From Fimbriimonadia bacterium (GTDB lineage Bacteria > Armatimonadota > Fimbriimonadia > Fimbriimonadales > JABRVX01), in NCBI GenBank assembly GCA_039961735.1, contig JABRVX010000004.1, positions 3,220-67,219 of the forward strand: a stretch of DNA of 64,000 nucleotides, read 5' to 3'. Both the position numbers and the translations under genes were made by a program. Positions 43,916 through 54,394 of this stretch are shown here, in pieces. Below the pieces are notes generated by a model that saw only the letters and a list, made by a program, of their open reading frames with translations, ran no database searches and was not told the DNA's origin. Position 1 is the stretch's first letter. Each line of letters opens with the position of its first letter.

Positions 43916-45790
43916 CTATCTCCGCGGCAGCCAGACCTCCATCTCACCCGGCTCGCGGTTGTCCCACAGACAGTACGGGACCAGCGTGAGCCTCTTCGGT
44001 GTCTGCGGAGGTACCTCCGGTGAGTACAGCTTTCCCTCCCACGCCGATGGGGGCACGACTACGCCATCCACATCTAACAGGTGCACGCCGCCGAGCACCT
44101 CACCTCGGCGCGCCTCGACCTTCGGCTCCACCTTGACGAATGGCAGACCGGGCCCGTTGTCTACCTGCTCGGCGCAGTACACGATAGGTCCCATACGAAA
44201 AGCCACGCGTCCGGTGTCGGCACGAACGAGCGGGTTGGCATACACGGGTTCCGGCGTCATGCCGAAGTCCACTTCTACGCTGTCACTGTTCGACCACACG
44301 CGTCGCATGGTGGCATACCCATCGGACACGTGCCACCCGCCGGCGCGCAGCGACTCGGCGTTGCAGGACCACGCCGGAATGCGCAGATGCAAGCCGAGCT
44401 CCGCCGGCCCATCGCACTGCACGCTGAGTTTCACCCTGCCGTTCCATGGGTATTCCGTTTCCTGTCGCAAAACTACCTTGCGGCCACCGATTTCCACCTG
44501 CACCGACCCTGCTATGTACAGTGCCACCCACACCTCGTCACCGGAAACCGCGTAGGCATACGAGCCGAGCGATGCGAGGAGACGCGCGATGTTGGGTGGA
44601 CAGCACGCACACCCGAACCATTCTTGTCGGTGGTGCGTACCACTCGACGCTAGTGGGTTTTCGTAAAAGTACTTCGTGCCGTCCAGCGAGATGCCGGAAA
44701 GGAAACCGTTGTACAGCGCCAGCTCCATCACGTCGGCGTATTCCGACTTGCCTTCGATCAGCCACATGCGATGCGCCCATAGAATCAGCGCAATGGCCGC
44801 GCAGGTCTCTGCGTAGGCAGTCTCGTTCGGCAGGTCGTAGTCCCGTGTGAAGCCTTCATTCGATGCGGAGGGACCTACCCCACCTGTCACGTACATACGC
44901 TTCTTGGTTAGGTTGTCCCACAGACGGTGTAGAGCTGTTAGCAGTGTCTCGTCCTTCGTCCAGTCGTACAGGTCTGCCATGCCGGAGAACAGATAGAGCG
45001 CGCGAACTGCGTGACCTACCACCTCGCTCTGCTCGCGCACGGGCAAGTGGTCTTGGGTGTAGCCGCCGTCGTACTCCCCGCGCTTGAACCACAACCCCGC
45101 CCAATCCACGATGTTTCGTGGTGCGTTGGGGTCGCGAAGCTCTGCCTCGAAGGGCGACGGGCGACTGCCTCGCGCATCTATGAAGAACTGCGCGAGCTCG
45201 CGGTACTTGTCGTCTCCCGTGGCACGCGCCAGGCGAAACAGCGCGAGCTCGATCTCCGGGTGGCCGCAATAACCGAGCCGCTTGCCGGGACCGAAGATGG
45301 AAGCGATGTGGTCGGCGTTCTTCACGGCGATATCCAAGAGGCGCCTGCTTCCCGTCGCTTCGTAGTGCGCTACGGCCGCCTCGAACAGGTGCCCCGCGCA
45401 GTACAGCTCGTGGTTCATCGAAAGGTTCTGCCACTTCTGCTCGGGGTGCTCCACGGTGAAGTAGGAGTTCAGATAGCCGTCGGCCTCTTGCGCCGCCTCG
45501 AACGCCTCGATGCTCTCGTTTACGGCGGCTTCGAGCTTGGGGTCCGGATGCGTGGCAAGCGAGTAGGCGGCTCCCTCGAGCCACTTGTACACATCCGAGT
45601 CGTTGAACCGATAGCCCTCGAAGCCCCCTTCCATCTTGCCGCCTGCCCTCAGGATGTTGTTCAAGCGGCCGGTTCCGGTGATTTGCTCGAACTGCTGATG
45701 CAGGGTGACCTCGCGGTTGGTCTTCTGGCGCGGGGCCCAGAAGGTGTCCTCGAATGTGACTTGGGTGAAGGGCACGGGTCGAAGCTTCAT
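43916..45790 (-). CDS. Glycoside hydrolase family 127 (DUF1680; beta-L-arabinofuranosidase-like)
   Basis: 'VTFEDTFWAPRQKTNREVTLHQQFEQITGTGRLNNI', '(alpha/alpha)6' core motifs and 'CACCPPNIARLLASL', the Cys-rich metal/catalytic site typical of GH127. Confidence 0.8.
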   Translation of the reverse strand: MKLRPVPFTQVTFEDTFWAPRQKTNREVTLHQQFEQITGTGRLNNILRAGGKMEGGFEGYRFNDSDVYKWLEGAAYSLATHPDPKLEAAVNESIEAFEAAQEADGYLNSYFTVEHPEQKWQNLSMNHELYCAGHLFEAAVAHYEATGSRRLLDIAVKNADHIASIFGPGKRLGYCGHPEIELALFRLARATGDDKYRELAQFFIDARGSRPSPFEAELRDPNAPRNIVDWAGLWFKRGEYDGGYTQDHLPVREQSEVVGHAVRALYLFSGMADLYDWTKDETLLTALHRLWDNLTKKRMYVTGGVGPSASNEGFTRDYDLPNETAYAETCAAIALILWAHRMWLIEGKSEYADVMELALYNGFLSGISLDGTKYFYENPLASSGTHHRQEWFGCACCPPNIARLLASLGSYAYAVSGDEVWVALYIAGSVQVEIGGRKVVLRQETEYPWNGRVKLSVQCDGPAELGLHLRIPAWSCNAESLRAGGWHVSDGYATMRRVWSNSDSVEVDFGMTPEPVYANPLVRADTGRVAFRMGPIVYCAEQVDNGPGLPFVKVEPKVEARRGEVLGGVHLLDVDGVVVPPSAWEGKLYSPEVPPQTPKRLTLVPYCLWDNREPGEMEVWLPRR

Positions 45791-45964
45791 CGGTGTTCTC
45801 CTAGTTCTTGAGCTGATGCGCCGTCTGGGGACCAGGCGCTACTTCTCCATCCCGGCTCGCCTCCCTCCCCCACCCGCCAAATGTCCTGGGCTCAGCCTTC
45901 ACCAGCTTCGCGGCCGCGTTAGCGATGTGCTGTGTGGCGCACCATAGGAACCTGCTGTTGCCCT

Positions 45965-47281
45965 TTAGCCGGCTCGGACGACTTCGGGTTCCGGCTTTTC
46001 CAGGTAGATGGTCGAGGTGCTGTCGTCGTAGGCGAGCAGCTCGGCGTAGCGGCCCCAGGCGATGGCTAGCTCCAACTGCCGCGCGGCATCTTCGGGCGGA
46101 AACTCCAGCTCCAGCGCTGCGAGCGTCACGTCGTACTCCAGCCGCTTGTCGTCGGCCGCCCTCAGGAGTCGTAGCAACCATCGGAACAGTGGCAGCCTGC
46201 GAAGCCGCATGGCGAAGATCTCCTTTCGCGCCAGGATGCTCGCCTCGGCAAAGGTGTCGCCTAGCGGTGTGGATGAGATGTCCCCCTGCGCCAGCGTGGC
46301 AAAGCCTAACAACTCGGCTGCCTCTGTTAGTGCCAGCAGATGATCGGAGTCCGCCTTGAGATCGGTCGCCAGACGGAAGATGTCGGCCTTACGCTCTGGC
46401 TCCTCTTGAAGCCGCTCCATCATACCGATCAGGTCGTCGATCTCGACGTCCGGCAGCGCACGTGTCCGCCCGGGCTCGCCCGGAGCCGTGCCCATCTCGA
46501 GGTACTCCGGCTGCGTCTGGCCGGCAAGCGTGGCATAGAGCTGGTCCACGATTTCCGCGAACGCTCGCGAGTGACGGTCGCGTGGGTGTGGTAGTGCGAC
46601 GTTGATGTGTGCGATGATCCTGCCAGGGTCCTTATCCATCACCACGATTCGGTCTGCCATGAACACCGCTTCCTCGATGTTATGTGTCACCATCAGGATG
46701 GCCTTGGTAGGGATGTTACCACTGAGCCACAGTTCCATCAACTCGCCCCGAAGTGACTCCGCACTCAGTACGTCCAGCGCAGAGAATGGCTCATCGAGGC
46801 AGAGTAGCTCCGGCTCTACCGCCATGGCACGTGCAAACCCCGTCTTCTGGCGCATGCCACCGGAGAGCTCACGTGGGTAGGCAGTCTCGAACCCGTCCAG
46901 ACCTACCATGTCCAGCAAGGAGATCGCTCGCTTCCTCCGCTCTTCGGCCGGCACACCGCGCGCTTGCAGCGCAACCTCTACGTTCTGTTGTACGTTCAGC
47001 CACGGGAAGAGTGCGAAGGTCTGAAAGACTATCGTGGAATGGGGATTGACTCCTACCAGAGGTTGTCCGCGGTAGATCACCTCACCCTCGGTGGGACGCT
47101 GTAGACCCGTCACGATTCGAAGGAGGGTGCTCTTGCCGCATCCCGACGGCCCGACGAGAAGCACGAACTCGCCTTCTTTGATGCCGAGGTTGATATCCTT
47201 GACCGCGACGAACTCCCGCCGCGTCCCCCGGTATCGCTGAGTAACGTCTTTCAACAGAACCAGACTGCTATCATTCGTCAT
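45965..47281 (-). CDS. ABC transporter ATP-binding protein (NitT/TauT-like) with a C-terminal extension of about 180 aa
   Basis: Walker A GPSGCGKST, signature LSGGMRQK, Walker B LLCLDEPFSALD. The extra C-terminal domain ('...LLGFATLAQGDISSTPLG...') resembles the AAA-associated C-terminal domain of this subfamily. Confidence 0.8.
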   Translation of the reverse strand: MTNDSSLVLLKDVTQRYRGTRREFVAVKDINLGIKEGEFVLLVGPSGCGKSTLLRIVTGLQRPTEGEVIYRGQPLVGVNPHSTIVFQTFALFPWLNVQQNVEVALQARGVPAEERRKRAISLLDMVGLDGFETAYPRELSGGMRQKTGFARAMAVEPELLCLDEPFSALDVLSAESLRGELMELWLSGNIPTKAILMVTHNIEEAVFMADRIVVMDKDPGRIIAHINVALPHPRDRHSRAFAEIVDQLYATLAGQTQPEYLEMGTAPGEPGRTRALPDVEIDDLIGMMERLQEEPERKADIFRLATDLKADSDHLLALTEAAELLGFATLAQGDISSTPLGDTFAEASILARKEIFAMRLRRLPLFRWLLRLLRAADDKRLEYDVTLAALELEFPPEDAARQLELAIAWGRYAELLAYDDSTSTIYLEKPEPEVVRAG

Positions 47282-47285
47282 ACTA

Positions 47286-49010
<1,725 letters not shown>

Positions 49011-49268
49011 CAGATCCTCTCCTGGCAGGGCGGAACCGAGCTAACGACGGAGCCCGCGAGGTATCGAGGTGCGAGGGCAACTGAACCCATCGTCAGCCCT
49101 CGACATGGGTTCTTCGAGCGTGCGTGTCTTGTGTGCGTGAACACTCATCGGGATGCCCTCCAGTGAGTCGAGAACTTTTGATGGTAAGCGAGCATCGGGC
49201 CCCGCTAGCGGAACCCGAACCGAATGGTCCGGAACGTCGCGCTCGAGCGGCGCGTCCGAGGTGAGATG

Positions 49269-49298
49269 AGTGTACTTGCCGCGACCGCCGTGGGTCAA
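49269..49298 (-). promoter_or_regulatory. Candidate promoter TTGACC-N18-TACACT for the ABC operon leader
   Basis: Read on the minus strand. It would give a 5' leader of about 250 nt before the permease ATG at 49010. Confidence 0.3.
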
Positions 49299-49480
49299 GT
49301 CCCGCCGACGCCCCCTCGAGCTCGCTGCCGGTCGCCTGAGGGAAGACCGGTGATTCCCGGAGCGAGAGGGAGGGCGTGCGAGCTGCTCTATCCAGACCTC
49401 GAGGGGTCAGTGCCGGCGATAGAGAGCAGCTGTCGGCCCTGCTATGACCCGCCCGAAAATCGGTTGCTGTTACCCGTTCT

Positions 49481-50284
49481 CTACTCCACCTCGTAGGTTG
49501 CCGTCACAACCACGGTCGTCACCAGATCGCCTGGCTGGATCGTCACCTCCTCCGCATCTTCAGGCTCCGCACCAGGCTGCAGATCCACGGTAGTCTGTGC
49601 GTGGGGTGAAGCCGGTGCGTATCCGTAGTACCCGCCGTAGCGGCCGTAGTCGTAGGGATACCCTTCGTTGCACGATGTCAGGCGACCGAGTTTGCCACCG
49701 AGCGCCTTCGCGAGCTCTGCGGCTTTCTTGCGAGCCGTCTCCGCTGCCTTGCCGCGTCCCGCCGCCCGGATCTTACTGACGTCCTCCACCGAGTACACCA
49801 GTCCGCCGACGCGATTGGCGCCTACCTTTACCGCTGAGTCTACGATCTCGGCGACTCTGTTGAGATCCCGGATTCGCACGCGGAACGACTCCTCGCAATT
49901 CCACTTCTTAGCGTCCTGACTGCGAGGAATCCACTCCGACGCGAGAGCGAACCGCTGCGTCTTGATGTCCTTGCTCGACACACCTGCCTCGCCCAGGGTA
50001 GACAGGATTCTCGCGCAGGTAGACTTCACGTAATCCTTGGCCGCCTTCGCCGTCGTTTGCGATTGGTACACGCCGATCGTCACTTCGGCGAACTCGGGCT
50101 TCGTACGAACGATGCAAGTGCCAGTAGCGGTCACACCGATGGGCCGCCCGTACAGATCGGGCCCGACTGGGGTAGCTGCCTCGGCCTTCGCGGCGGGCCG
50201 GAGCATTGACCACCCAACCAAGGCAATCACTACCACGAAGACGACGTACAGGAAGCGCAGCAGCGCCTTCTGGAATTCGCTCAT
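49481..50284 (-). CDS. SIMPL (DUF541) domain-containing protein, membrane-anchored
   Basis: N-terminal TM helix FLYVVFVVVIALVGW. 'PEFAEVTIGVYQSQTTAKAAKDYV...GVSSKDIKTQRF' and 'GKAAETARKKAAELAKALGGKLGRL' match the SIMPL pattern. Confidence 0.7.
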   Translation of the reverse strand: MSEFQKALLRFLYVVFVVVIALVGWSMLRPAAKAEAATPVGPDLYGRPIGVTATGTCIVRTKPEFAEVTIGVYQSQTTAKAAKDYVKSTCARILSTLGEAGVSSKDIKTQRFALASEWIPRSQDAKKWNCEESFRVRIRDLNRVAEIVDSAVKVGANRVGGLVYSVEDVSKIRAAGRGKAAETARKKAAELAKALGGKLGRLTSCNEGYPYDYGRYGGYYGYAPASPHAQTTVDLQPGAEPEDAEEVTIQPGDLVTTVVVTATYEVE

Positions 50285-50506
50285 AGTTAGCCTCCTATCT
50301 GATGATGCGAGCCGTCCCGGACCGGGCGACCGATTGCAGGACTGTCAAGCTCCAGCCTCGCAGTCTCGACGTGCTGTCCCACCGCCCGCCCGTCGGAGGG
50401 CGTCGCAGCGCGACGTGGAGTATCTTCACCTGCGTCCCCATACCGTCAACACGCAGGCGAAATAGGCAGCCGTACCTGACCGGTCGCCTCGCAGGCCCGC
50501 GAGACG

Positions 50507-51280
50507 TTAGAACGAGGTGCACATGCTGAATCCGATGACAGCCAGTCTGCGGTCCGCGCCGCTAGCCCGTAGATCGGAATCGAGCAACTCGGTGAGAGAC
50601 AAGGAGGTGCATAGGTTCCAGCCGGGTAGCAGTTCGTGCTCGAGCGCCATCTGCAGTGTGGCCGCGTTCCACGCGGCCTTCCCGACGCCCACGTACACAT
50701 CGTTGAACTTGCGCGAACCGACCGACACGCCCACCGACACGTCGAGCGAGGTCCGAGTATCCATCTCGTATGAGTAGCACAGACCAATCTCGGTGTAGTG
50801 CGCGCCGCGGTAGTGGACAAAGTCCGCGGCATGGGAGACATATGTGGTAAAGGGCCCGACGGGATAGTGCAGCGACACCACCGCTTCACCAGTCGCCGGT
50901 GAGTCCGCCTGGTTAGGGTACGCGAAGAACTGGAGAGACGTCTCCACTCCCAGGTTTCCCGCATTCGTCTGATAGGACAGGAAAAGGTCCGCTTCGTTCA
51001 GCGAGGTGCCATCGCGTCGATCGAGACCGAAGTTTGCCCATCCGGTTGCTTCGAACGGGCCCGAGCCTACAGTTACTGAAGGCTGAAGAACCGGCCCCTC
51101 GCTCCACGCCAGTCCACGCCACACGTAGCGCGTGAAGAACTCCATTTGAACGCTTACAGCGGGTCTGACCGGCTCGTCCACATTCGCGTCGGCGGCACTC
51201 GCTGAGCACACGGCCGATAGTGACAACCAGACAACCGGTAACACACTATTGGGCTTATAGCGTCGCGTGCGTCTCGTCAT
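50507..51280 (-). CDS. Putative outer-membrane beta-barrel (TorF/Gcw_chp-like porin)
   Basis: Start at ATG 51280 (MTRRTRRYKPN; signal ...CSASA/AD). 'FFTRYVWRGLAWSEGPVLQPSVTV' is TorF-family-like. Alternating beta-strand pattern, ending in ...SF. Confidence 0.5.
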   Translation of the reverse strand: MTRRTRRYKPNSVLPVVWLSLSAVCSASAADANVDEPVRPAVSVQMEFFTRYVWRGLAWSEGPVLQPSVTVGSGPFEATGWANFGLDRRDGTSLNEADLFLSYQTNAGNLGVETSLQFFAYPNQADSPATGEAVVSLHYPVGPFTTYVSHAADFVHYRGAHYTEIGLCYSYEMDTRTSLDVSVGVSVGSRKFNDVYVGVGKAAWNAATLQMALEHELLPGWNLCTSLSLTELLDSDLRASGADRRLAVIGFSMCTSF

Positions 51281-51654
51281 GAGTGGCGTCTCCCGAAGCC
51301 GGTATTCCATACCGGGTCGGCAGGTCCACCCGGCACATTGAGCAGGGAGCGCCCACTGCTCCTGCCGAACGTTCCAAGCGGCAACCGGGGTGGTGCGAGT
51401 TGTCCCAGCCCCAGACGACTCCCCCAACACCGACTACCGTTACGCGCTGCCGACGCAATCACCCCGCAACGCGATCGCGACCCTTCCTAATGGGTTCGAC
51501 GCAGCGGCATGGAGATTTCAGTCCCAGAACAGGTGCCGTTGCACCTTGGGAAACCAGAGACTCGCCGAGTCGGACCTTCAATCTCGATCGCACTCTGGCT
51601 GTAAGGCCACCCCAGATCCAGCCTCCGAAATCTGGCTGGTTCGTGCGGATGCCG

Positions 51655-52008
51655 TGGTGGAGGCGGGGGGAGTTGAACCCCCTTCCAAAGCCGATGCCTC
51701 TCGGGCGTCTACGAGCGTAGCCTGCCTTCTGATCTCGCGGAGCGCTAACCCGCAGGCGGGGATGCCACTCTCGCCAGTCCGGTTTCTTCTCGCCTCTCCG
51801 TGCTACGGACCGAAGCCGGAGACGCTAGTCGGATTTGTCCACGCCTCCTTCGCGCCTACCGACCCGGCGCTGGGAGACGGCTGCAGCTAATTAGGCAGCG
51901 TAAGCGTAAGAGTTCGCACTTACTGTTTGTGCCGCTTTTTTACGAGGCCAACGGCACCTCGGCTCGCAGCTCGAGCGCAAACCGACCCTGTCGAGCCCGT
52001 TCGCCCCC
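51655..52008 (-). ncRNA. ssrA: tmRNA (SsrA), 354 nt, standard one-piece
   Basis: The 5' GGGGGCG pairs with 3' CGCCTCC-ACCA, including a G3:U wobble. T arm GGGGG-TTCAACT-CCCCC. 'GGCCTCGTAAAAAAGCGGCAC' precedes the tag ORF GCG AAC TCT TAC GCT TAC GCT GCC TAA (51891-51917), which encodes ANSYAYAA. A perfect TATAAT at 52020-52025 lies 11 nt upstream. Confidence 0.9.
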
Positions 52009-52109
52009 ACGTTGCAATTATTATACTGCCAAAAGGTCCGACGGGTTCCACCGGGACCGTTGCGGGCTTCTGGGCAGGGATAGGTCTCCTGCCGTAGAAA
52101 GCCTGATCC

Positions 52110-53015
52110 GTGAGTAAGGCTTTTCTGTTCCCCGGTCAAGGTTCCCAGGTTCCCGGCATGGGTCGGAGCATCCGCGAGGCATCGGCGGTAGCCCACGAGG
52201 CGTTCGAGCGGGTTAGCGAGGTGGTCGGCCGCGACGTTGCCGCGCTATGCGACGAGGCCGATGAGGAAACGCTACGCTTCACCGAGAACGCACAAATCGC
52301 GCTCTACGCGTGCGGCGTCGCAACGGCCGCGGCGCTGAGAGAGAAAGGCGTCGTGCCGTCGTTCGCCCTGGGCCACAGCGTGGGCGAGTATGCAGCGCTG
52401 GCGGCGGCAGGAGTCATCTCGCTGGAAGACGGCGCCCGGCTGGTGGACCGCCGGGGAGAGCTGATGGCGCAAGCAAAGAACGGCACCATGGCCGCAATCA
52501 TCGGGTTGGACGATGCCCAGGTGGAAGCGGCTTGCTCGGGTGTCTCGAACGGCATCGTGGTGGTCGCCAACTACAACTCACCGGGACAAGTGGTCATTTC
52601 CGGTGAGCCTGCCGCGGTAGAAGCGGCTTGCACGAGCGCCAAGGCGGCGGGAGCGCGACGGGTGGTCCCGTTGAACGTCTCGGGCGCATTTCATTCGCCG
52701 CTGATGGAGGAAGCCGCCGCGGCGATGCGCTCGGCACTAGCGACTGTATCGTTTGCTGCCGGCACCGCCCGTGTGGCATCCAACGTCCTGGGCGATTTCG
52801 TGACGGACGCTTCGGCATGGCCCGAGTTGCTTGCACGGCAGATTGCGTCGCCCGTACGATGGACCGACTGCGTCCGGGCCGCCGTGCGCGAGGGAGCGTC
52901 GGAGTTCTTCGAGTGTGGGCCGGGCAGCGTGCTGTGTGGGTTGTTGCGGCGCATCGAGCCCGAGGCAAAGTGCATTGGCGTTGCGGAGGCTGATGGGTTG
53001 GCAGGACTGCTCTAG
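52110..53015 (+). CDS. fabD: Malonyl CoA-acyl carrier protein transacylase
   Basis: 'FLFPGQGSQVPGMG' and the active-site motif 'GHSVGEYAAL'. About 300 aa. GTG start. Confidence 0.9.
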   Translation: MSKAFLFPGQGSQVPGMGRSIREASAVAHEAFERVSEVVGRDVAALCDEADEETLRFTENAQIALYACGVATAAALREKGVVPSFALGHSVGEYAALAAAGVISLEDGARLVDRRGELMAQAKNGTMAAIIGLDDAQVEAACSGVSNGIVVVANYNSPGQVVISGEPAAVEAACTSAKAAGARRVVPLNVSGAFHSPLMEEAAAAMRSALATVSFAAGTARVASNVLGDFVTDASAWPELLARQIASPVRWTDCVRAAVREGASEFFECGPGSVLCGLLRRIEPEAKCIGVAEADGLAGLL

Positions 53016-53037
53016 TCGCGTAGGTACACTTCGCCGC

Positions 53038-54234
53038 ATGGATTTCTCCCTAACGAACGAGCACAAGTTGATTCAGGAGAGCGCGCGCCGATTTGCCGAG
53101 ACCGAGGTGCTACCCGGCCTGAAGGAGCGTGACCGAGAAGGAAAGCCCGACCCCACGCTGCTGAGGAAGATGGGGGAAGCGGGTTTTCTCGGCGTGTGCA
53201 TTCCCGCCAAGTATGGGGGACAGGACGCCGACTACATCAGCCTGGGCCTCGTGTGCGAAGAGCTGGAGCGAGCCGATAGCACGGCCCGCGTCATCATGTC
53301 CGTCCACGTCGGACTGAACAGCTTGGCACTGCTTCAGTGGGGGTCAGAGGATCAGAAGCAACGTTTCCTGGTTCCGCAGGCGAAGGGCGAGAAGTTCGCC
53401 GGGTTCGGGCTAACAGAGCCCAACGCCGGTTCGGACGTGATAGGCATTCGGAGCACCGCGGTACGCGACGGCGACACGTATGTGCTGAATGGCGAGAAGA
53501 CGTGGATCAGCCTGGCCGACCTGGCGGACAACTTCTTGGTGGTCGCATACACTGACCGCGAGAAGAAGGCACGCGGCATGACAGCGTTCATTGTGGAGCG
53601 CGGTATGCCCGGCTTTACAACACAACCGATCCATGGCAAGTTGGGTGTACGAGCTGGAGACACGGGCACGTTGATTATGGAAGACGTGCGCGTACCCGTT
53701 GCAAACCGAATAGGTGAAGAGGGTGAGGGTTTCAAGATCGCGATGTCGGCGCTGGACAACGGGCGATACACCGTGGGGAGCGGCGCCGTCGGCATCATCG
53801 TCGCGTGCCTAGACGCGTGCATCCCCTACTGCCGGGACCGAAGGACGGGCGGCCAGGAGATCGGCAGGCATCAGCTCATCCAGCAGATGGTAGCGCGCAT
53901 GGCGGCATCGCGAGACATAGGACGTCTTCTTTATTACCGATGTGGGTGGATGAAAAACCAAGGCATGCGTTGCACACGCGAGGTGAGCATGGCAAAGTGG
54001 ATCAACTGCGATAACGCATTTGCCGCAGCCAACGACGCAGTGCAAATCCACGGTGCCTACGGGTACAGCGACGAGTTCCCCGTAGAGCGGTACCTGCGAA
54101 ATAGCCGGGGCGCGGTGATCTACGAGGGTACACGAGAGATCCATACGCTGATGCAGGCGGAGTACGAACTAGGCTACCGCCACGACCGCCCGCTCCGCTG
54201 CGAACTCCCCGGCTGGCCATTCGAAACGGGCTGA
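53038..54234 (+). CDS. Acyl-CoA dehydrogenase (standard size, about 398 aa)
   Basis: Start at ATG 53038 (MDFSLTNEH...). 'FGLTEPNAGSDV', 'GEKTWISLA' and the C-terminal 'YEGTREIHTL' are ACAD hallmarks. Confidence 0.85.
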   Translation: MDFSLTNEHKLIQESARRFAETEVLPGLKERDREGKPDPTLLRKMGEAGFLGVCIPAKYGGQDADYISLGLVCEELERADSTARVIMSVHVGLNSLALLQWGSEDQKQRFLVPQAKGEKFAGFGLTEPNAGSDVIGIRSTAVRDGDTYVLNGEKTWISLADLADNFLVVAYTDREKKARGMTAFIVERGMPGFTTQPIHGKLGVRAGDTGTLIMEDVRVPVANRIGEEGEGFKIAMSALDNGRYTVGSGAVGIIVACLDACIPYCRDRRTGGQEIGRHQLIQQMVARMAASRDIGRLLYYRCGWMKNQGMRCTREVSMAKWINCDNAFAAANDAVQIHGAYGYSDEFPVERYLRNSRGAVIYEGTREIHTLMQAEYELGYRHDRPLRCELPGWPFETG

Positions 54235-54394
54235 GGCATGCAGCCTCACGACCTCCCACCCTTCGTCGAATCGCGTTGGGCTTCTCCTGTCGGTTCTCGG
54301 TCCTGTCAGCAGTGGGGATCGGCGCTTCTTACTCATCGTCACAGAGTAGGATCGGACTCAGATAGGGACACGACAACGACTTGGAGGCAAGGGT

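Noticed and set aside
49201-49240. A guanidine-I (ykkC)-like 'GGGTTCCG' on the minus strand upstream of a NitT/TauT-type ABC transporter.
   Set aside because: The other conserved blocks (GGTCCGAGAG and ACACGG.GGGA.AAAAGCCCGGGAGA) are absent or out of order. An Infernal search would be needed to revisit this.
49340-49360. The plus-strand string GGGAAGACCGGTGATTCCCGG, which resembles the cobalamin riboswitch core (GGGAA.CCGGTGAAAATCCGG).
   Set aside because: I could find no B12 box or the following CCCCGCAACTGT-like segment. In plus orientation there is no downstream gene to regulate. On the relevant minus strand the resemblance disappears.
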